A DNA stretch of 64,000 bases, taken from positions 62,001 to 126,000 of the forward strand of contig MU005973.1 in NCBI GenBank assembly GCA_010093745.1. The letters are read 5' to 3'. The position numbers and the translations under genes were made by a program. Below the pieces are notes generated by a model. The model was not told where the DNA came from. It did not search any database and saw only the letters and a list, made by a program, of their open reading frames with translations. Each line of letters starts with the position of its first letter. Within the stretch, counting starts at the first letter, position 1. The stretch is from Piedraia hortae CBS 480.64. Its lineage: Eukaryota. Positions 56,071 to 64,000 of this stretch are shown in pieces.

Positions 56071-58319
56071 GTTGCAGTCTTAATCGCCACAAACCAGAGG
56101 TCGATCATGAATATTGATAAATACCCAGCAAAGCTGAACGCACCTGAGCTATGTGGTCGGGCTAGATCTGCAAAATGACAACAATACAGATCCAAGCTGA
56201 ATCAGATGAGGCGGTGAGATGAATGGGACGATGACCTGAACTAATGTCGTCCCAGTGAGAGATCTTCTCCCAAGGCCCAGCCTGAAAGGAACCCACTAGC
56301 ATGTCCCACTGATGAGGATATGGACTCTTGGGGAAGCATTATCTGTCAAATAATAAGGTAGACTCGGCGCGGAAAGTATCACCAAACTTGATTTTCAACG
56401 CCTCTGCGGTGAAGGAGGATCGCATGGTGCCTCAGAGCTGTAGTATATGAGTCCAAGATGATGGGGTACATCCGTGTAGTCGCCAAGTCAAGGCGTTTAC
56501 ATTTGCCGGCTAGTTTTGGAGACGGATGGGTCGATCTGTGGTCTTGAATGTCAAGTGGTTGTTGAACTTGATTTGCTGAGGACGAGTTCGTAGCAAGAAG
56601 GTTGTTACATGGCGTGGGGCTGTTTGTGATGCTGTGGTTGATGGGTTGGAGATGGATTGTGGAAGATGCGTTATATCCGGTCGTGTGGAATTTGACAAAC
56701 ACTGGATACCGTGGATGAGCCGGTTGTTTTCCATAGGGCTTGCCTTTGAGTAGGTCATTCCAAACAGTCTTGCATACTGCGTCTGATTGTGCCAAGAGAC
56801 AGACGCGCCAAACTTGTAATGGGCAAATTCACCTGACGTGGCACGAACGGACGAGCGCCAGGAGGAGGGATGTCGGTTGGTTGAACGATGAATGTCCCGG
56901 ACATGGCATGAAGTTTCTAGAAAACATGCTTACTTACATATCCAGCTGTCAGAGGGGTGAGCGTCCGAGGACTAAAGGGGAGCGGATATCGACGACAAAT
57001 GGTTTCACTCAACTTTGACTGAAAAAGTGAATGTAGATGTCTATGTCTATATCAGGTGAGGTTCGAAACCTTCCCCACGCTACCTCAGTCTAATCGCATT
57101 CGCCAGGACAACTTCAGCGAACCATGCCCTTAAGCATGAACGAGACAATGATCCATCCCAGGGAAAACTTCCTCTATAGTGGTAAAAACCCTGAAAAGTT
57201 TCGACTTCTACCCACAGTTCTGGTCATGGTAGGTGCCACATTCTTCTGACACCAGCAGCCTTCCTTTCCATGAATGTGGCTACATGCAGTAATCCTGCTG
57301 TATTTTTCCGACGTCTGCTCTCGTAGCGTGATTTACGTATCCACGATCTGCATCGTTCCAAACATTCAGAACAGGAACGACACATTGCATGCACTCTGTC
57401 ATTCACGAATCAACGATGCACCACTCTCTTGTGCTATAAGCTCAACAAGGTTAAAAATGAAGAAATTCTCTTGACAGCTTCTCGGCATTCAATCGAAGTG
57501 CTTTCTTGCGCATTTGCAAAAGAGGCAGCCAGCCATCCACTTGCTTTTTCAGGGAACTTAAGTCTGGAAGAGTCTTGATCTCTTCACGGGCTTCTGGCAT
57601 ATTGAAAACTTCAATCATGCTCTTGTAATGGCGCTGTGAAACACCCATGTCCCGACACAGGCACTTAGATCTGGAGACATTTTTGACCCGCCATCACCGT
57701 CCACAAAGGTTGGGGATAGCTCCATGAGTTATCATGATCGAACGTCTGCTGGGTTGGTATCGAGTCGAGAGCGCCTTCAAGGGTCCTCAGACGGGATCAT
57801 TGTAATGCTGTTCCAAACTGCATTCCACCCGATCCTCAAGATTGAATCCGCTGCCACATCTCCTGCCATATCGATATCATCTTCAATGGCATGAGTTCGA
57901 CATTGGAGATTTCATAAAGAGCCCTTTCGCCCATGCTCAGAGCTGTCATTCTCACGGGACGTCTCGTAGGATTCGAACTCAGTGAACTTGTTGATGTCGT
58001 TGCAACTGTTGGAATCTGATTCCGTGTCCAAGATCCATGAGTTCACTAGATCAGTGACTTCGTTATTCTCTATCCTCCAGTTGCCAGACAAACAGCCGCA
58101 ACTGTGCCATGCTGGCGGTCTTTTCACGTTTCTGTCTATTTTCGACAGGATGTCTGGCACGACGTTTGGCAACCTCACTTCATATGATTCCTCGAAGATG
58201 AGATAGGTGCTGGCATGGTATACTCGGAGATATCAGAGGATGGACAAGAATATCCAGAGGTAAGGGTGATGGTCTTGTCTTCTTCTACAGGAATGTTTGC
58301 TACGAGGTGTTTGCACCTC

Positions 58320-58625
58320 GCAACCGGCACCGGTTCGATCTGTTTGTAATGTCACCCAACGATCCCATTGGAAGTTGGTCATGACGATGTTTATCTGAAA
58401 TGCTTGGCGTACTCCCGCAATTATATCGTCAAGATGACCGTTACATGGTGCGGGTGATGGTCCCATTCCCAGTGCGACCAGTGGCGTCTGACTGGTTGGC
58501 ACCCAGAATTCGCTTTGGTGATTGGTTTCCACTTCTAACAAGTTAGATGCTTCGACCTCTCCAATCCTTATCTTCTTCCCCATCTCCGTGCACCACTGCT
58601 CCATATCCTGTATTTCTCGCTCCTT
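58320..58625 (-). mobile_element. Collapsed Ty3/gypsy-like pol remnant
   Basis: In one frame: LGMGPSPA (cf. PFGLxNAPA), HLDDII (cf. YLDDIL), and VMTNFQWDRWVTLQTDRTGAG (cf. the RT/RNase H connector PVLxxFDxxxxxxLxTDAS). The order is correct but the spacers are deleted. Confidence 0.5.
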
Positions 58626-59016
58626 GGTGGCCTTCTGTGTGGGCTGCTTTTCAGCAGGAACTCCGACTTGCCGCTTGTAGGCCCTTCGCAACATCAGGCG
58701 TCTCTTGCCCCCAAATTCCCTGCAGATGCCGAATAATTTCGGCACTCTGCTTTGCCAGCAGCCTGGCAAGCCCAGCTGGGATTTTCTCTGCCTGCTCCAC
58801 CGGAGGCTGGGTGATGTTCGTCAGTAACGGCGCAGCATTCCCGGCCGCCACAACGGCACGCAACGGTGCTTGCGACCGTGGTGCCCAAGGGGCGACCTTC
58901 GGGGAGGCAGCTTCGATGGTGCTGGTTGGAGCAACTCTATCAAACTGGCCGTCAGCTCGAAAGGGTTCGTAACACGCGCCAGATCTGGAACATTCTGATA
59001 GGTCGTCCAGTGCTCC

Positions 59017-59115
59017 ATAAACCCTCCGGCGCGAATGATGTGTGTTGTCGCGGGTGATGCTCATCAGCTCCGTCCCCCGGGCAGCCTGACCTGATCGCAG
59101 GTGCGCTAAGACCAT
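59017..59115 (-). pseudogene. Fragment resembling fungal telomere-linked RecQ-helicase/DUF3505-type proteins
   Basis: HLRSGQAARGTELMSITRDN resembles the GQPARGTELxSxxxxN motif as I recall it from that family. It is only about 33 codons. Confidence 0.4.
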
Positions 59116-59143
59116 TACTGGGACAGGCAGCTTGCGTTTGACT

Positions 59144-59302
59144 TTTGAAGACCCATCGCCCCATGATGGTGCTAGCTTTCGGTGGCGGTATGGCCAGTTT
59201 CAATGTATCGTTCCCTCTTAGGCTTCGTGATTCGTCCTCGCATGCTTGGTGCCATTGAATCGCTTGTGGTGTTTGCATGGCCTCTCTGTAGGCATTTGGG
59301 GT
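59144..59302 (-). mobile_element. Ty1/copia reverse-transcriptase N-terminal remnant
   Basis: PNAYREAMQTPQAIQWHQACEDESRSLRGNDTLKLAIPPPKASTIMGRWVFK matches the copia pattern PxSYxEAM..WxxAMxxExxSLxxNxTWxLV..KWVFK. Confidence 0.75.
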
Positions 59303-61286
59303 GAAAAGCTTGCTGCTGCAGTGAACGTGAAGAACGTTATCGCCGACAGCTGGCAATCACTCATCAGGCCGGTGAACCATAGCATCTCTGCGGCTTCTTC
59401 GTGTTGTCGTTAAGCAGCACTCTACAGCCTGTTTCGGCAAGATCTACGTGGATGTGTGGTTTTGTCAATTCCACTCGCTTGGAGTCATCTCCATCCACTG
59501 TCATCAACATGGGCCGGAAAAGTAGCTTTGTTGGCGCCAGCTTTGTCTACGAGGAAATTTTCCTGGTTGGGGTCACAGAATTTCGCGCCAATGGCTGCAG
59601 TATCTGCTTGGCGGAGCGGGACATCGGGATTATGGTGTGGCTCGTGTCGTCCAAACGCATGGCAAGTTCTGGATCAACCTTGCGGACTTCCTTTATGACT
59701 TTACCCATGTCCGCGTCGATGTCTCGATCTTTTGCGGCGATGGCCGTGGTACAACGCAGCAGATGGCTTCAATGTATACAGTCGCTTATATAGTAACATC
59801 ATCATTATATTGAGGACTGGGTTGAGATTGCGTGGTGGCTTTAGGTTGCGTTCGGTTGTTGCTGCTGCGATGCGACTGCCAGGAAGACTTGCTGGTCTTG
59901 CTGTGAGTGGCGTTGTACGCGGTAGCGGTCGACGGGTTGGCTGTGTTGTGATTGGCCTTGACGTCTAAGAGAGTCGCTTGAGTCTCGACAAACGACATCG
60001 TACCGCGGTGGCTATATTATCAACTACTGTATTTAGGAATTCGACCATTGTGATGAGGAGAACCGCTCCCTTTAAATCATCAGTGGAGGGGAGGGGGGCG
60101 GGGGGGGGGGGGGGAAGCTTTTAGCCAGAGCTTGGTCTGAGGTCTGCGCTCGCTTGTGCAACTGTATCCGCTTGTGGTGGAACGTTTCGAGGTGCGAGCG
60201 AATGGATGCAGACTCAGATATGAAGGGTAAGGAGGGATTTGAGCTTTCGCATTGTGAAGGATGCGGTTCCCCGTCCCATCTTCGTTACCGGAAGTGGGAT
60301 CAGGGTCTTCATCAAAAATCAGTGGCTCCAATTCAGTAGGGATTGGAAGTTTTCCCGCATTTTTGGTCTGCTGTTGATGTGTCTTCGCTTGCTCAGAACC
60401 ACTTGCGGACTGGTTGCTTGATAGAGCCATGGTTGTTTGCGCAAGTTAGTCCTGGCTGAGACCATGCCAGTGTTCTGTGGTCAACGAAAACAGCAAACGG
60501 AACTGGTTGACCAAGAAAAGTTGATACGCACTCAGGGAGTAGAATGACATGCCACGGCTGCACAACCCCTTCTGGCATCTCGACAAGAGTTCCACATCTA
60601 CGACCGAGGATCTTAATCAGCACTGATGTACCAACGAGGTCAATGGGTTACGGTAAGATTTTTTCGAGTCGAAGAAAAAAAAATCGTTGTGCGTCAGTCA
60701 CCCGTGCACGAACCACTAACGCACTAGCGTAAGCACCCTTTTCGGAGGACTCCTATATTAAATTGCTTGAGGTTTCTCACTTTCTTGTCTGCGATATGTC
60801 AGACTGAGCATTCATTGAAGCTCATGTGAGGCATGACAATGATTGCTGGTCGGCTCCTTTTCAAGCTACTATCCGACAATTCTTATTTGCATTGGGCATA
60901 TCCCTTCCTTTCCCCTGCTACAGGTAGAGAGTTGGAGGGCTGACCCTGGGCCAGATGAATAGGTAAATACTGCACGCTAAGCGTCTGATGTGCCTCGAGC
61001 ACTGATAGGTCGTCTCAATCCATTCATGTCTGAATAGACATGGCTTTTGCCTTGACGTTGTCAATTCCACCCACCCAAGCCTGTCTTGTCATCTAGTTCT
61101 TGGCGAACGGATAAGTCTTCAGTTGAAATAGGTTAAAATTTCGATAGGTGACAAAGTAAAGCTAGTTCGCCACAGTATCCATACCCATATCCCAACCTGA
61201 ACCGGATACCTCTGCCCCTAAGAAGAACTGTATGCCGCCAGCCTTGTCCTCGAGTCGAAAGAATACAATACACCACCCCACCCAAC

Positions 61287-61562
61287 TTATTGCCCTCCTT
61301 CCTCGGGAGTATGACCCTCCCTACCCATTCTCCCAACAATAGGCGCGAGCAGGAACCTGAGCTTCTCATCCGCATTGTACGCGTACATCATTGGAAATAT
61401 CGACTGGCGCTTTAAAAGCCCTTCGAACTGATTAACTCGGGTATAGCGAGGACGTCGGGGAAACGACGTACTGTTTTCCTCTGACCGTGATGGGAGCCTT
61501 ATGGGTGCAGCGTAGCTTGTTGAGAGGAAGCAGACTGCTGCCAAGAGGATTGATGGCTTCAT
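61287..61562 (-). CDS. Small secreted protein candidate (exon structure uncertain)
   Basis: Clear signal peptide MKPSILLAAVCFLSTSYA-API and dibasic RR/KR sites. A possible GTACGT..CAG intron would change the C-terminus. Confidence 0.45.
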   Translation of the reverse strand: MKPSILLAAVCFLSTSYAAPIRLPSRSEENSTSFPRRPRYTRVNQFEGLLKRQSIFPMMYAYNADEKLRFLLAPIVGRMGREGHTPEEGGQ

Positions 61563-62509
61563 TGTAGATGTTTTTGGCAAGCTGTGAGAGTTGATATTTT
61601 GAAGTGTGCGGAGGAGGAATGTAAGCGGAGCAAAGGGGTTGAGGAATCTTAAAAATATGGGATGGTTCCGTTTGACAGCTTGTGGTTAAGCTGTCGTTGT
61701 GGGGTGGATTTGAGCGTACACCTATGGGGGTTATCTTCGTTGGGGGGTTGATGCTTGAGCTTCGTGGGAGGGTTTGCGGTGTAGTGTACGCTTACATAGT
61801 GAACGTCTGCCTCTGTTGTGTTGCCTTGAAGAGTTCTACATGATGACTGATGGAACCGAGTCTGAGCTCATGATTCGCGGTGGGCCTTTCCAGATTTGTG
61901 GAATTATGGATGATGGACCGCAAGGGAAGGAGGTATTGACATAAGTTTTCGCGGGCAGGGTGCTCATCTGCAAGAGGGCGGTACTTTCATCCGTCAACGC
62001 AGCGGACGCGACAAGGCCTCTGTTTGGACCAAGAGAAGCTGATGGAAAATACTTTCAAGTTAGGGCACAGGGGCCAGGTAATGCAAACTCTAATCATCAC
62101 GTTAATCAAAGTGCTGGTAAGTCATTGCCTGCTGCTGTTTCATTGGTCCTTTGAATCCAATTGGTCAACGTATACACGTCCTGCCCCATGGAGGCAAAAG
62201 GTCTTCCCATCATTGGTTGGACAAAAAAGCAAGACCAAACCACAACGAGTTAGCGCTGACTAAGTCGATGACGGACCCGTTGCGGCTTCTCAACACACCA
62301 CCCAGGTGGACTTTATTTGCTTCCAGTCATGTTCTTCCCCACGGCGGATTATCCACTTGCAGACATCAATAACACTGCTCTCTGACCAGAATCTGTTCCA
62401 CGCGCAGAAGCGTGACGGAGAATGTCGTGACAGCCGCTGACAACACACCACACAGCAATTCATCATTTTGCCTCCAGTTTGCATTTTGCTGATTCCCACC
62501 ACACCAATC

Positions 62510-63661
62510 ATGTACCAGCGTCGGCCTGCAGCCCGTAGCGGCGCCGGCTCTTCGCGCATCACGCCGCCTCAGCGCAAGGTGGTCAACTGCATCGCTGACG
62601 ACACTGCTCTGGTGGCCGGCATCAAGAGTACGACGCGCAACGGCATCAGGCAGTGGGTGGCCCGGGGCCACATGCGTCTGTTTGTGCCGCTGCATGCCAT
62701 CCAGCAGCTGCAGCGCCAGAAGACGATCGGTCCGCACAGCCGTGACGCTGACGATACGCTCACCTGGCTGGACGATGCCATAACCCGCTATCCGTGGGCC
62801 GTAGCCCTACAGGGCGGCGACGACCACTACGAGAGCTGGGCAGACGTCGAGCGCTATGCGGTCCCCCGCCCGCTGCTGTCCGAGACAGACGCCAACGGCT
62901 CGGGACCGCGCGTCTCCACGAGCCTGCCGTCGCCCCCGACCAGCCCCGTACAGCAGCCCGCCGCCTCCCCTCCGCGTACCACGACACCAGTGAGCTTGCG
63001 GCCGCTCTTCAACTACATCATTTGGCGCGTGCACCAGGAAGCCAACCTCGTCGCCGCGCTAGACTCGTTCATCTTCCTCTGCAACGACGAGCACAAAGTC
63101 AAGGTTGCCAAAGGCTTTGATGTCAAGTGCAAGCGTTTGGAGGAGCTCCGCGAAGCCATCAACCGCGAGGAGCGCGAACACGGCGTCGGTGATACCGTCC
63201 AGCCCGAGCAAGTTACGGCAGATGAGTCCGACAACGATGAAGACGATGACGACGAAAACGACGAGGAAATCATTCTTTTCAAGCCGCGCAACTGCCAGAA
63301 CGCCCTCATGGATCCGAACGACTTTGACCGCACCACTCGTTCGCCTGCCGTCAATCCCCGTGGAGACGTACGTCATGCGACTTCTCGTCGTGGCGCGCGC
63401 CCTATCACTCCCCGCGGAAATGCACGTCCCGTGACCCCTCGCGGAGGCTGTCGCGGAGGTGGCCGTGGAGACTTTCACAAAAGCCCACGCGGTCGCGGCA
63501 CTGGCGGACGTGGCGGCAACCGCGGCGGAGGATTCGACTTTAGGAGGAACCGCATCGTCACGAATAACGGCCGCGTTGCCAACGCCGGCCAGGTTGATCC
63601 CGATAGCTTCTCCCGTCCCAAGGGCGGCGCTACCGCCGGTAAGCTGTGGGAGCCAACGTAA
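62510..63661 (+). CDS. PIN-domain protein with acidic linker and RGG-rich C-terminal region
   Basis: VVNCIADDTALVAGIK..IRQWV..LFVPLHAIQQL, LFNYIIWR..FIFLCND, repeated RG/RGG, and DPDSFSRP..KLWEP. ATG at 62510. Confidence 0.72.
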   Translation: MYQRRPAARSGAGSSRITPPQRKVVNCIADDTALVAGIKSTTRNGIRQWVARGHMRLFVPLHAIQQLQRQKTIGPHSRDADDTLTWLDDAITRYPWAVALQGGDDHYESWADVERYAVPRPLLSETDANGSGPRVSTSLPSPPTSPVQQPAASPPRTTTPVSLRPLFNYIIWRVHQEANLVAALDSFIFLCNDEHKVKVAKGFDVKCKRLEELREAINREEREHGVGDTVQPEQVTADESDNDEDDDDENDEEIILFKPRNCQNALMDPNDFDRTTRSPAVNPRGDVRHATSRRGARPITPRGNARPVTPRGGCRGGGRGDFHKSPRGRGTGGRGGNRGGGFDFRRNRIVTNNGRVANAGQVDPDSFSRPKGGATAGKLWEPT

Positions 63662-64000
63662 CTATTGTACTGCAAAAGCGCTAGATCCGGATGAACGAAG
63701 CCATGATGGTCATGGACTGCGGAAGCAGACGATGCTATTCAAATGCCATTCAAGCACTGGAAAAAAATCAACCAAGAATCATGGCAAATTGCAAGTGGAA
63801 ATGCTGCAGGAGATTCACAAGTTCAGACTGGGATGATGCGAACCGAGATGGGGATGAAGAGCATTCAGATTGTCCGTGTCCTTCCTTTAGGTTAGATGCT
63901 ATTGATTCTTGTCCCTTTTTTGAGTATTGGTATATGTGCAAAGTTGTCTTTTGCCCTCGGGGAAGGCTAGGGACAATTTCAACCCTCTGTGGTCGTGCCC

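Noticed and set aside
57055..57075. GGTTCGAAACC B-box/T-loop-like motif suggesting a tRNA or SINE
   Set aside because: No D-arm, anticodon arm or acceptor stem could be built upstream.
60085..60115. Long G-run (also poly-C near 11170-11180 and poly-G near 42470-42484) as G-quadruplex elements
   Set aside because: These are simple homopolymers of uncertain assembly length with no supporting context.
1..64000. Prokaryotic-type systems (CRISPR arrays, operons, defence islands), rRNA or tRNA genes, or an intact transposon or Starship captain
   Set aside because: The DNA is intron-containing fungal sequence. I saw no repeat-spacer array, cloverleaf, rRNA, LTR/TIR pair or tyrosine-recombinase ORF.

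Overview
Eukaryotic DNA from a filamentous ascomycete with a compact genome. The introns I could model are 44-62 nt with GT..CTRAC..YAG-type signals, and several intergenic gaps are only 16-120 bp. The proteins look like Pezizomycotina, probably a Dothideomycete, but the species cannot be determined here. Gene-dense blocks encode an ISWI remodeler, mitochondrial RF1, Ubc12, a C2H2 transcription factor, an F-box-like Cys-rich protein, Inn1/Fic1, a 1832-aa mucin-like surface protein, a membrane aspartic-protease-like protein, Alg13, mS35/Rsm24, Aim24, Mim2, glutaminase GtaA, Mic60, mS26, Nog2, an Srs2-like helicase, ER FKBP, xylulokinase and a PIN-domain protein. These blocks alternate with gene-poor accessory stretches (about 1-5, 31.6-42.8 and 56-62 kb). 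The accessory stretches hold a three-member intronless F-box/LRR-like family (one intact, two pseudogenes), a decayed tandem duplication of a coiled-coil gene, and a mosaic of collapsed retroelement fragments. Two signals stand out. First, the one long intron (NOG2, 221 nt) holds an H/ACA snoRNA with two guide pockets matching LSU rRNA helix 69, and its 3' end runs into the branch point. Second, sharp local switches from C/A-rich to G/T-rich sequence recur every few kb. All identifications come from motif recognition by eye; no database searches were run.
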